Below, in pieces: positions 47,901 to 62,900 of a DNA stretch of 64,000 nt. The notes below the pieces were generated by a model. It made no database searches. It saw nothing but the letters and a program-made list of their open reading frames with translations, and had not been told where the DNA came from. The position numbers were made by a program, and so were the translations under genes. Source of the DNA: Eledone cirrhosa. Its lineage: Eukaryota. Each line of letters starts with the position of its first letter. The stretch's first letter is position 1. Location of the stretch: contig OZ024742.1 of the NCBI GenBank assembly GCA_964016885.1, positions 198,276,001-198,340,000 of the forward strand. Reading direction: 5' to 3'.

Positions 47901-50900
47901 ACGACCTACACATCTCATTTCTCTTCACAATATTCATTAATGGCTCTAGTCCTCTCACTGAGTAACATTCAACTTTCCTCAACACGACCTACACATTTCA
48001 TTTCTCTTCACAACATTCATCACTGGCTCTAGTCCTCTCACTGAGTAACATTCAACTTTCCTCAACACGACCTACACATTTCATTTCTCTTCACAACATT
48101 CATCACTGGCTCTAGTCCTCTCACCGAGTAACATTCAACTTTCCTCAACACGACCTACACATTTCATTTCTCTTCACAACATTCATCACTGGCTCTAGTC
48201 CTCTCACTGAGTAACATTCAACTTTCCTCAACACGACCTACACATTTCATTTCTCTTCACAACATTCATCACCGGCTCTAGTCCTCTCACTGAGTAACAT
48301 TCAACTTTCCTCAACACGACCTACACATCTCATTTCTCTTCACAATATTCATCACTGGCTCTAGTCCTCTCACTGAGTAACATTCAACTTTCCTCAACAC
48401 GACCTACACATTTCATTTCTCTTCACAACATTCATCACCGGCTCTAGTCGTCTCACTGAGTAACATTCAACTTTCCTCAACACGACCTACACATCTCATT
48501 TCTCTTCACAATATTCATTACTGGCTCTAGTCCTCTCACTGAGTAACATTCAACTTTCCTCAACACGACCTACACATCTCATTTCTCTTCACAACATTCA
48601 TTAATGGCTCTAGTCCTCACACTGAGTAACATTCAACTTTCCTGAACACGACCTACACATCTCATTTCTCTTCACAATATTAATAACTGGCTCTAGTCCT
48701 CTCACTGAGTAACATTCAACTTTCCTCAACACGACCTACACATTTCATTTCTCTTCACAACATTCATCACCGGCTCTAGTCGTCTCACTGAGTAACATTC
48801 AACTTTCCTCAACACGACATACACATCTCATTTCTCTTCACAATATTCATTACTGGCTCTAGTCCTCTCACTGAGTAACATTCAACTTTCTTCAACACGA
48901 CCTACACATCTCATTACTCTTCACAACATTCATTACTGGCTCTAGTCCTCACACTGAGTAACATTCAACATTCCTCAACACGACCTACACATCTCATGTC
49001 TCTTCACAATATTCATTACTGGCTCAAGTCCTCACACTAAGTAACATTCAACTTTCCTCAACACGACCTACACATCTCATTTCTCTTCACAACACTCATT
49101 ACTGGCTCTAGTCCTCTCACTGAGTAACATTCAACTTTCCTCAACACGACCTACACATCTCATTTCTCTTCACAATATTCATCACTGGCTCTAGTCCTCT
49201 CACTGAGTAACATTCAACTTTCCTCAACACGACCTACACATCTCATTTCTCTTCACAATATTCATTAATGGCTCTAGTCCTCTCACTGAGTAACATTCAA
49301 CTTTCCTCAACACGACCTACACATCTCATTTCTCTTCACAACATTCATTAATGGCTCTAGTCCTCACACTGAGTAACATTCAACTTTCCTCAACACGACC
49401 TACACATCTCATTTCTCTTCACAATATTAATAACTGGCTCTAGTCCTCTCACTGAGTAACGTTCAACTTTCCTCAACACGACCTACACATTTCATTTCTC
49501 TTCACAACATTCATCACCGGCTCTAGTCGTCTCAGTGAGTAACATTCAACTTTCCTCAACACGACCTACACATCTCATTTCTCTTCACAATATTCATTAA
49601 AGGCTCTAGTCCTCTCACTGAGTAACATTCAACTTTCCTCAACACGACCAACACATCTCATTTCTCTTCACAACATTCATCACTGGCTCTAGTCCTCTCA
49701 CTGAGTAACATTCAACTTTCATCAACACGACCTACACATTTCATTTCTCTTCACAACATTCATCACTGGCTCTAGTCCTCTCACTTAGTAACATTCAACT
49801 TTCCTCAACACGACCTACACATCTCATTTCTCTTCACAATATTCATTAATGGCTCTAGTCCTCTCACTGAGTAACATTCAACTTTCCTCAACACGACCTA
49901 CACATTTCATTTCTCTTCACAACATTCATCACCGGCTCTAGTCCTCTCACTGAGTAACATTCAACTTTCCTCAACACGACCTACACATCTCATTTCTCTT
50001 CACAATATTCATCACTGGCTCTAGTCCTCTCACTGAGTAACATTCAACTTTCCTCAACACGACCTACACATTTCATTTCTCTTCACAACATTCATCACCG
50101 GCTCTAGTCCTCTCACTGAGTAACATTCAACTTTCCTCAACACGACCTACACATTTCATTTCTCTTCACAACATTCATCACTGGCTCTAGTCCTCTCACT
50201 GAGTAACATTCAACTTTCCTCAACACGACCTACACATCTCATTTCTCTTCACAATATTCATTAATGGCTCTAGTCCTCTCACTGAGTAACATTCAACTTT
50301 CCTCAACACGACCTACACATTTCATTTCTCTTCACAACATTCATCACCGGCTCTAGTCCTCTCACTGAGTAACATTCAACTTTCCTCAACACGACCTACA
50401 CATCTCATTTCTCTTCACAACATTCATTACTGGCTCTAGTCCTCTCACTGAGTAACATTCAACTTTCCTCAACACGACCTACACATCTCATTTCTCTTCA
50501 CAACATTCATCACTGGCTCTAGTCGTCTCACTGAGTAACATTCAACTTTCCTCAACACGACCTACACATCTCATTTCTCTTCACAATATTCATTACTGGC
50601 TCTAGTCCTCTCACTGAGTAACATTGAATTTTCCTCAACACGACCTACATATCTCATTTCTCTTCACAACATTCATTACTGGCTCTAGTCCTCTCACTGA
50701 GTAACATTCAACTTTCCTCAACACGACCTACACATCTCATTTCTCTTCACAACATTCATTACTGGCTCTAGTCCTCACACTGAGTAACATTCAACTTTAC
50801 ACAACACGACCTACACATCTCATTTCTCTTCACATTCATTACTGGCTCTAGTCCTCTCACTGAGTAACATTCAACTTTCCTCAACACGACCTACACATTT

Positions 50901-53900
50901 CATTTCTCTTCACAACATTCATCACTGGCTCTAGTCCTCTCACTGAGTAACATTCAACTTTCCTCAACACGACCTACACATCTTATTTCTCTTCACAACA
51001 TTCATTACTGGCTCTAGTCCTCTCACTGAGTAACATTGAACTTTCCTCAACACGACCTACATATCTCATCACAACATTCATTACTGGCTCTAGTCCTCTC
51101 ACTGAGTAACATTCAACTTTCCTCAACACGACCTACACATCTCATTTCTCTTCACAATATTCATTACTGGCTCAAGTCCTCACACTAAGTAACATTCAAC
51201 TTTCCTCAACACGACCTACACATCTCATTTCTCTTCACAACATTCATCACTGGCTCTAGTCCTCTCACTGAGTAACATTCAACTTTCCTCAACACGACCT
51301 ACACATCTCATTTCTCTTCACAATATTCATCACTGGCTCTAGTCCTCTCACTGAGTAACATTCAACTTTCCTCAACACGACCTACACATCTCATTTCTCT
51401 TCACAATATTCATTAATGGCTCTAGTCCTCTCACTGAGTAACATTCAACATTCCTCAACACGACCTACACATCTCATTTCTCTTCACAACATTCATTACT
51501 GGCTCTAGTCCTCTCACTGAGTAACATTCAACTTTCCTCAACACGATCTACACATCTCATTTCTCTTCACAACATTCATTACTGGCTCTAGTCCTCTCAC
51601 TGAGTAACATTCAACTTTCCTCAACACGACCTACACATCTCATTTCTCTTCACAATATTCATTAATGGCTCTAGTCCTCTCACTGAGTAACATTCAACTT
51701 TCCTCAACACGACCTACACATCTCATTTCTCTTCACAACATTCATTAATGGCTCTAGTCCTCACACTGAGTAACATTCAACTTTCCTCAACACGACCTAC
51801 ACATCTCATTTCTCTTCACAATATTAATAACTGGCTCTAGTCCTCTCACTGAGTAACATTCAACTTTCCTCAACACGACCTACACATTTCATTTCTCTTC
51901 ACAACATTCATCACCGGCTCTAGTCGTCTCAGTGAGTAACATTCAACTTTCCTCAACACGACCTACACATCTCATTTCTCTTCACAATATTCATTAAAGG
52001 CTCTAGTCCTCTCACTGAGTAACATTCAACTTTCCTCAACACGACCAACACATCTCATTTCTCTTCACAACATTCATCACTGGCTCTAGTCCTCTCACTG
52101 AGTAACATTCAACTTTCATCAACACGACCTACACATTTCATTTCTCTTCACAACATTCATCACTGGCTCTAGTCCTCTCACTGAGTAACATTCAACTTTC
52201 CTCAACACGACCTACACATCTCATTTCTCTTCACAATATTCATTAATGGCTCTAGTCCTCTCACTGAGTAACATTCAACTTTCCTCAACACGACCTACAC
52301 ATTTCATTTCTCTTCACAACATTCATCACCGGCTCTAGTCCTCTCACTGAGTAACATTCAACTTTCCTCAACACGACCTACACATCTCATTTCTCTTCAC
52401 AATATTCATCACTGGCTCTAGTCCTCTCACTGAGTAACATTCAACTTTCCTCAACACGACCTACACATTTCATTTCTCTTCACAACATTCATCACCGGCT
52501 CTAGTCGTCTCACTGAGTAACATTCAACTCTCCTCAACACGACCTACACATCTCATTTCTCTTCACAATATTCATTACTGGCTCTAGTCCTCTCACTGAG
52601 TAACATTCAACTTTCCTCAACACGACCTACACATCTCATTTCTCTTCACAATATTCATTACTGGCTCTAGTCCTCTCACTGAGTAACATTCAACTTTCCT
52701 CAACACGACCTACACATCTCATTTCTCTTCACAACATTCATTAATGGCTCTAGTCCTCACACTGAGTAACATTCAACTTTCCTGAACACGACCTACACAT
52801 TTCATTTCTCTTCACAACATTCATCACCGGCTCTAGTCGTCTCACTGAGTAACATTCAGCTTTCCTCAACACGACCTACACATTTCATTTCTCTGCACAA
52901 TATTCATTACTGGCTCTAGTCCTCTCACTGAGTAACATTGAATTTTCCTCAACACGACCTACATATCTCATTTCTCTTCACAACATTCATTACTGGCTCT
53001 AGTCCTCTCACTGAGTAACATTCAACTTTCCTCAACACGACCTACACATCTCATTTCTCTTCACAACATTCATTACTGGCTCTAGTCCTCACACTGAGTA
53101 ACATTCAACTTTACACAACACGACCTACACATCTCATTTCTCTTCACATTCATTACTGGCTCTAGTCCTCTCACTGAGTAACATTCAACATTCCTCAACA
53201 CGACCTACACATCTCATGTCTCTTCACAATATTCATCACTGGCTCTAGTCCTCTCACTGAGTAACATTCAACTTTCCTCAACACGACCTACACATCTCAT
53301 TTCTCTTCACAACACTCATTACTGGCTCTAGTCCTCTCATTGAGTAACATTCAACTTTCCTCAACACGACCTACACATCTCATTTCTCTTCACAATATTC
53401 ATCACTGGCTCTAGTCCTCTCACTGAGTAACATTCAACTTTCCTCAACACGACCTACACATCTCATTTCTCTTCACAATATTCATTAATGGCTCTAGTCC
53501 TCTCACTGAGTAACATTCAACTTTCCTCAACACGACCTACACATCTCATTTCTCTTCACAACATTCATTAATGGCTCTAGTCCTCACACTGAGTAACATT
53601 CAACTTTCCTCAACACGACCTACACATCTCATTTCTCTTCACAATATTAATAACTGGCTCTAGTCCTCTCACTGAGTAACATTCAACTTTCCTCAACACG
53701 ACCTACACATCTCATTTCTCTTCACAATATTCATTAATGGCTCTAGTCCTCTCACTGAGTAACATTCAACTTTCCTCAACACGACCTACACATCTCATTT
53801 CTCTTCACAACATTCATTAATGGCTCTAGTCCTCACACTGAGTAACATTCAACTTTCCTCAACACGACCTACACATCTCATTTCTCTTCACAATATTAAT

Positions 53901-56900
53901 AACTGGCTCTAGTCCTCTCACTGAGTAACATTCAACTTTCCTCAACACGACCTACACATCTCATTTCTCTTCACAATATTCATTAATGGCTCTAGTCCTC
54001 TCACTGAGTAACATTCAACTTTCCTCAACACGACCTACACATCTCATTTCTCTTCACAATATTAATAACTGGCTCTAGTCCTCTCACTGAGTAACATTCA
54101 ACTTTCCTCAACACGACCTACACATCTCATTTCTCTTCACAATATTCATTAATGGCTCTAGTCCTCTCACTGAGTAACATTCAACTTTCCTCAACACGAC
54201 CTACACATCTCATTTCTCTTCACAACATTCATTAATGGCTCTAGTCCTCACACTGAGTAACATTCAACTTTCCTCAACACGACCTACACATCTCATTTCT
54301 CTTCACAATATTAATAACTGGCTCTAGTCCTCTCACTGAGTAACATTCAACTTTCCTCAACACGACCTACACATCTCATTTCTCTTCACAATATTCATTA
54401 ATGGCTCTAGTCCTCTCACTGAGTAACATTCAACTTTCCTCAACACGACCTACACATCTCATTTCTCTTCACAACATTCATTAATGGCTCTAGTCCTCAC
54501 ACTGAGTAACATTCAACTTTCCTCAACACGACCTACACATCTCATTTCTCTTCACAATATTAATAACTGGCTCTAGTCGTCTCAGTGAGTAACATTCAAC
54601 TTTCCTCAACACGACCTACACATCTCATTTCTCTTCACAATATTCATTAAAGGCTCTAGTCCTCTCACTGAGTAACATTCAACTTTCCTCAACACGACCA
54701 ACACATCTCATTTCTCTTCACAACATTCATCACTGGCTCTAGTCCTCTCACTGAGTAACATTCAACTTTCATCAACACGACCTACACATTTCATTTCTCT
54801 TCACAACATTCATCACTGGCTCTAGTCCTCTCACTGAGTAACATTCAACTTTCCTCAACACGACCTACACATCTCATTTCTCTTCACAATATTCATTAAT
54901 GGCTCTAGTCCTCTCACTGAGTAACATTCAACTTTCCTCAACACGACCTACACATTTCATTTCTCTTCACAACATTCATCACCGGCTCTAGTCCTCTCAC
55001 TGAGTAACATTCAACTTTCCTCAACACGACCTACACATCTCATTTCTCTTCACAATATTCATCACTGGCTCTAGTCCTCTCACTGAGTAACATTCAACTT
55101 TCCTCAACACGACCTACACATTTCATTTCTCTTCACACCATTCAACTTTCATCAACACGACCTACACATTTCATTTCTCTTCACAACATTCATCACTGGC
55201 TCTAGTCCTCTCACTGAGTAACATTCAACTTTCCTCAACACGACCTACACATCTCATTTCTCTTCACAATATTCATTAATGGCTCTAGTCCTCTCACTGA
55301 GAAACATTCAACTTTCCTCAACACGACCTACACATTTCATTTCTCTTCACAACATTCATCACCGGCTCTAGTCCTCTCACTGAGTAACATTCAACTTTCC
55401 TCAACACGACCTACACATCTCATTTCTCTTCACAATATTCATCACTGGCTCTAGTCCTCTCACTGAGTAACATTCAACTTTCCTCAACACGACCTACACA
55501 TTTCATTTCTCTTCACAACATTCATCACCGGCTCTAGTCGTCTCACTGAGTAACATTCAACTTTCCTCAACACGACCTACACATCTCATTTCTCTTCACA
55601 ATATTCATCACTGGCTCTAGTCCTCTCACTGAGTAACATTCAACTTTCCTCAACACGACCTACACATTTCATTTCTCTTCACAACATTCATCACCGGCTC
55701 TAGTCGTCTCACTGAGTAACATTCAACTTTCCTCAACACGACCTACACATTTCATTTCTCTTCACAACATTCATCACCGGCTCTAGTCCTCTCACTGAGT
55801 AACATTCAACTTTCCTCAACACGACCTACACATCTCATTTCTCTTCACAACATTCATTAATGGCTCTAGTCCTCACACTGAGTAACATTCAACTTTCCTG
55901 AACACGACCTACACATCTCATTTCTCTTCACAATATTAATAACTGGCTCTAGTCCTCTCACTGAGTAACATTCAACTTTCCTCAACACGACCTACACATC
56001 TCATTTCTCTTCACAATATTCATCACTGGCTCTAGTCCTCTCACTGAGTAACATTCAACTTTCCTCAACACGACCTACACATTTCATTTCTCTTCACAAC
56101 ATTCATCACCGGCTCTAGTCCTCTCACTGAGTAACATTCAACTTTCCTCAACACGACCTACACATCTCATTTCTCTTCACAACATTCATCACTGGCTCTA
56201 GTCGTCTCACTGAGTAACATTCAACTTTCCTCAACACGACCTACACATCTCATTTCTCTTCACAATATTCATTACTGGCTCTAGTCCTCTCACTGAGTAA
56301 CATTCAACTTTCCTCAACACGACCTACACATCTCATTTCTCTTCACAACATTCATTAATGGCTCTAGTCCTCACACTGAGTAACATTCAACTTTCCTGAA
56401 CACGACCTACACATTTCATTTCTCTTCACAACATTCATCACCGGCTCTAGTCGTCTCACTGAGTAACATTCAACTTTCCTCAACACGACCTACACATTTC
56501 ATTTCTCTGCACAATATTCATTACTGGCTCTAGTCCTCTCACTGAGTAACATTGAATTTTCCTCAACACGACCTACATATCTCATTTCTCTTCACAACAT
56601 TCATTACTGGCTCTAGTCCTCTCACTGAGTAACATTCAACATTCCTCAACACGACCTACACATCTCATTTCTCTTCACAACATTCATTACTGGCTCTAGT
56701 CCTCTCACTGAGTAACATTCAACTTTCCTCAACACGACCTACACATCTCATTTCTCTTCACAACATTCATTACTGGCTCTAGTCCTCACACTGAGTAACA
56801 TTCAACTTTACACAACACGACCTACACATCTCATTTCTCTTCACATTCATTACTGGCTCTAGTCCTCTCACTGAGTAACATTCAACTTTCCTCAACACGA

Positions 56901-59900
56901 CCTACACATTTCATTTCTCTTCACAACATTCATCACTGGCTCTAGTCCTCTCACTGAGTAACATTCAACTTTCCTCAACACGACCTACACATCTTATTTC
57001 TCTTCACAACATTCATTACTGGCTCTAGTCCTCTCACTGAGTAACATTGAACTTTCCTCAACACGACCTACATATCTCATCACAACATTCATTACTGGCT
57101 CTAGTCCTCTCACTGAGTAACATTCAACTTTCCTCAACACGACCTACACATCTCATTTCTCTTCACAATATTCATTACTGGCTCAAGTCCTCACACTAAG
57201 TAACATTCAACTTTCCTCAACACGACCTACACATCTCATTTCTCTTCACAACATTCATCACTGGCTCTAGTCCTCTCACTGAGTAACATTCAACTTTCCT
57301 CAACACGACCTACACATCTCATTTCTCTTCACAATATTCATCACTGGCTCTAGTCCTCTCACTGAGTAACATTCAACTTTCCTCAACACGACCTACACAT
57401 CTCATTTCTCTTCACAATATTCATTAATGGCTCTAGTCCTCTCACTGAGTAACATTCAACATTCCTCAACACGACCTACACATCTCATTTCTCTTCACAA
57501 CATTCATTACTGGCTCTAGTCCTCTCACTGAGTAACATTCAACTTTCCTCAACACGATCTACACATCTCATTTCTCTTCACAACATTCATTACTGGCTCT
57601 AGTCCTCTCACTGAGTAACATTCAACTTTCCTCAACACGACCTACACATCTCATTTCTCTTCACAATATTCATTAATGGCTCTAGTCCTCTCACTGAGTA
57701 ACATTCAACTTTCCTCAACACGACCTACACATCTCATTTCTCTTCACAACATTCATTAATGGCTCTAGTCCTCACACTGAGTAACATTCAACTTTCCTCA
57801 ACACGACCTACACATCTCATTTCTCTTCACAATATTAATAACTGGCTCTAGTCCTCTCACTGAGTAACATTCAACTTTCCTCAACACGACCTACACATTT
57901 CATTTCTCTTCACAACATTCATCACCGGCTCTAGTCGTCTCAGTGAGTAACATTCAACTTTCCTCAACACGACCTACACATCTCATTTCTCTTCACAATA
58001 TTCATTAAAGGCTCTAGTCCTCTCACTGAGTAACATTCAACTTTCCTCAACACGACCAACACATCTCATTTCTCTTCACAACATTCATCACTGGCTCTAG
58101 TCCTCTCACTGAGTAACATTCAACTTTCATCAACACGACCTACACATTTCATTTCTCTTCACAACATTCATCACTGGCTCTAGTCCTCTCACTGAGTAAC
58201 ATTCAACTTTCCTCAACACGACCTACACATCTCATTTCTCTTCACAATATTCATTAATGGCTCTAGTCCTCTCACTGAGTAACATTCAACTTTCCTCAAC
58301 ACGACCTACACATTTCATTTCTCTTCACAACATTCATCACCGGCTCTAGTCCTCTCACTGAGTAACATTCAACTTTCCTCAACACGACCTACACATCTCA
58401 TTTCTCTTCACAATATTCATCACTGGCTCTAGTCCTCTCACTGAGTAACATTCAACTTTCCTCAACACGACCTACACATTTCATTTCTCTTCACAACATT
58501 CATCACCGGCTCTAGTCGTCTCACTGAGTAACATTCAACTCTCCTCAACACGACCTACACATCTCATTTCTCTTCACAATATTCATTACTGGCTCTAGTC
58601 CTCTCACTGAGTAACATTCAACTTTCCTCAACACGACCTACACATCTCATTTCTCTTCACAATATTCATTACTGGCTCTAGTCCTCTCACTGAGTAACAT
58701 TCAACTTTCCTCAACACGACCTACACATCTCATTTCTCTTCACAACATTCATTAATGGCTCTAGTCCTCACACTGAGTAACATTCAACTTTCCTGAACAC
58801 GACCTACACATTTCATTTCTCTTCACAACATTCATCACCGGCTCTAGTCGTCTCACTGAGTAACATTCAGCTTTCCTCAACACGACCTACACATTTCATT
58901 TCTCTGCACAATATTCATTACTGGCTCTAGTCCTCTCACTGAGTAACATTGAATTTTCCTCAACACGACCTACATATCTCATTTCTCTTCACAACATTCA
59001 TTACTGGCTCTAGTCCTCTCACTGAGTAACATTCAACTTTCCTCAACACGACCTACACATCTCATTTCTCTTCACAACATTCATTACTGGCTCTAGTCCT
59101 CACACTGAGTAACATTCAACTTTACACAACACGACCTACACATCTCATTTCTCTTCACATTCATTACTGGCTCTAGTCCTCTCACTGAGTAACATTCAAC
59201 ATTCCTCAACACGACCTACACATCTCATGTCTCTTCACAATATTCATCACTGGCTCTAGTCCTCTCACTGAGTAACATTCAACTTTCCTCAACACGACCT
59301 ACACATCTCATTTCTCTTCACAACACTCATTACTGGCTCTAGTCCTCTCATTGAGTAACATTCAACTTTCCTCAACACGACCTACACATCTCATTTCTCT
59401 TCACAATATTCATCACTGGCTCTAGTCCTCTCACTGAGTAACATTCAACTTTCCTCAACACGACCTACACATCTCATTTCTCTTCACAATATTCATTAAT
59501 GGCTCTAGTCCTCTCACTGAGAAACATTCAACTTTCCTCAACACGACCTACACATCTCATTTCTCTTCACAACACTCATTACTGGCTCTAGTCCTCTCAT
59601 TGAGTAACATTCAACTTTCCTCAACACGACCTACACATCTCATTTCTCTTCACAACATTCATCACAGGCTCTAGTCCTCTCACTGAGTAACATTCAACTT
59701 TCCTCAACACGACCTACACATCTCATTTCTCTTCACAACATTCATTAATGGCTCTAGTCCTCACACTGAGTAACATTCAACTTTCCTCAACACGACCTAC
59801 ACATCTCATTTCTCTTCACAATATTAATAACTGGCTCTAGTCCTCTCACTGAGTAACATTCAACTTTCCTCAACACGACCTACACATTTCATTTCTCTTC

Positions 59901-62900
59901 ACAACATTCATCACCGGCTCTAGTCGTCTCAGTGAGTAACATTCAACTTTCCTCAACACGACCTACACATCTCATTTCTCTTCACAATATTCATTAAAGG
60001 CTCTAGTCCTCTCACTGAGTAACATTCAACTTTCCTCAACACGACCAACACATCTCATTTCTCTTCACAACATTCATCACTGGCTCTAGTCCTCTCACTG
60101 AGTAACATTCAACTTTCATCAACACGACCTACACATTTCATTTCTCTTCACAACATTCATCACTGGCTCTAGTCCTCTCACTGAGTAACATTCAACTTTC
60201 CTCAACACGACCTACACATCTCATTTCTCTTCACAATATTCATTAATGGCTCTAGTCCTCTCACTGAGTAACATTCAACTTTCCTCAACACGACCTACAC
60301 ATTTCATTTCTCTTCACAACATTCATCACCGGCTCTAGTCCTCTCACTGAGTAACATTCAACTTTCCTCAACACGACCTACACATCTTATTTCTCTTCAC
60401 AATATTCATCACTGGCTCTAGTCCTCTCACTGAGTAACATTCAACTTTCCTCAACACAACCTACACATTTCATTTCTCTTCACACCATTCAACTTTCATC
60501 AACACGACCTACACATTTCATTTCTCTTCACAACATTCATCACTGGCTCTAGTCCTCTCACTGAGTAACATTCAACTTTCCTCAACACGACCTACACATC
60601 TCATTTCTCTTCACAATATTCATTAATGGCTCTAGTCCTCTCACTGAGAAACATTCAACTTTCCTCAACACGACCTACACATTTCATTTCTCTTCACAAC
60701 ATTCATCACCGGCTCTAGTCCTCTCACTGAGTAACATTCAACTTTCCTCAACACGACCTACACATCTCATTTCTCTTCACAATATTCATCACTGGCTCTA
60801 GTCCTCTCACTGAGTAACATTCAACTTTCCTCAACACGACCTACACATTTCATTTCTCTTCACAACATTCATCACCGGCTCTAGTCGTCTCACTGAGTAA
60901 CATTCAACTTTCCTCAACACGACCTACACATCTCATTTCTCTTCACAATATTCATCACTGGCTCTAGTCCTCTCACTGAGTAACATTCAACTTTCCTCAA
61001 CACGACCTACACATTTCATTTCTCTTCACAACATTCATCACCGGCTCTAGTCGTCTCACTGAGTAACATTCAACTTTCCTCAACACGACCTACACATTTC
61101 ATTTCTCTTCACAACATTCATCACCGGCTCTAGTCCTCTCACTGAGTAACATTCAACTTTCCTCAACACGACCTACACATCTCATTTCTCTTCACAACAT
61201 TCATTAATGGCTCTAGTCCTCACACTGAGTAACATTCAACTTTCCTGAACACGACCTACACATCTCATTTCTCTTCACAATATTAATAACTGGCTCTAGT
61301 CCTCTCACTGAGTAACATTCAACTTTCCTCAACACGACCTACACATCTCATTTCTCTTCACAATATTCATCACTGGCTCTAGTCCTCTCACTGAGTAACA
61401 TTCAACTTTCCTCAACACGACCTACACATTTCATTTCTCTTCACAACATTCATCACCGGCTCTAGTCGTCTCACTGAGTAACATTCAACTTTCCTCAACA
61501 CGACATACACATCTCATTTCTCTTCACAATATTCATTACTGGCTCTAGTCCTCTCACTGAGTAACATTCAACTTTCCTCAACACGACCTACACATCTCAT
61601 TACTCTTCACAACATTCATTACTGGCTCTAGTCCTCACACTGAGTAACATTCAACATTCCTCAACACGACCTACACATCTCATGTCTCTTCACAATATTC
61701 ATTACTGGCTCAAGTCCTCACACTAAGTAACATTCAACTTTCCTCAACACGACCTACACATCTCATTTCTCTTCACAATATTCATCACTGGCTCTAGTCC
61801 TCTCACTGAGTAACATTCAACTTTCCTCAACACGACCTACACATTTCATTTCTCTTCACACCATTCAACTTTCCTCAACACGACCTACACATTTCATTTC
61901 TCTTCACAACATTCATCACCGGCTCTAGTCGTCTCAGTGAGTAACATTCAACTTTCCTCAACACGACCTACACATCTCATTTCTCTTCACAATATTCATT
62001 AAAGGCTCTAGTCCTCTCACTGAGTAACATTCAACTTTCCTCAACACGACCTACACATCTCATTTCTCTTCACAACATTCAACTTTCCTCAACACGACCT
62101 ACACATCTCATTTCTCTTCACAACATTCATCACTGGCTCTAGTCCTCTCACTGAGTAACATTCAACTTTCCTCAACACGACCTACACATCTCATTTCTCT
62201 TCACAATATTCATTAATGGCTCTAGTCCTCTCACTGAGTAACATTCAACTTTCCTCAACACGACCTACACATTTCATTTCTCTTCACAACATTCATCACC
62301 GGCTCTAGTCCTCTCACTGAGTAACATTCAACTTTCCTCAACACGACCTACACATCTCATTTCTCTTCACAATATTCATCACTGGCTCTAGTCCTCTCAC
62401 TGAGTAACATTCAACTTTCCTCAACACGACCTACACATTTCATTTCTCTTCACAACATTCATCACCGGCTCTAGTCGTCTCACTGAGTAACATTCAACTT
62501 TCCTCAACACGACCTACACATCTCATTTCTCTTCACAATATTCATTACTGGCTCTAGTCCTCTCACTGAGTAACATTCAACTTTCCTCAACACGACCTAC
62601 ACATCTCATTTCTCTTCACAACATTCATTACTGGCTCTAGTCCTCACACTGAGTAACATTCAACTTTACACAACACGACCTACACATCTCATTTCTCTTC
62701 ACATTCATTACTGGCTCTAGTCCTCTCACTGAGTAACATTCAACTTTCCTCAACACGACCTACACATTTCATTTCTCTTCACAACATTCATCACTGGCTC
62801 TAGTCCTCTCACTGAGTAACATTCAACTTTCCTCAACACGACCTACACATCTTATTTCTCTTCACAACATTCATTACTGGCTCTAGTCCTCTCACTGAGT

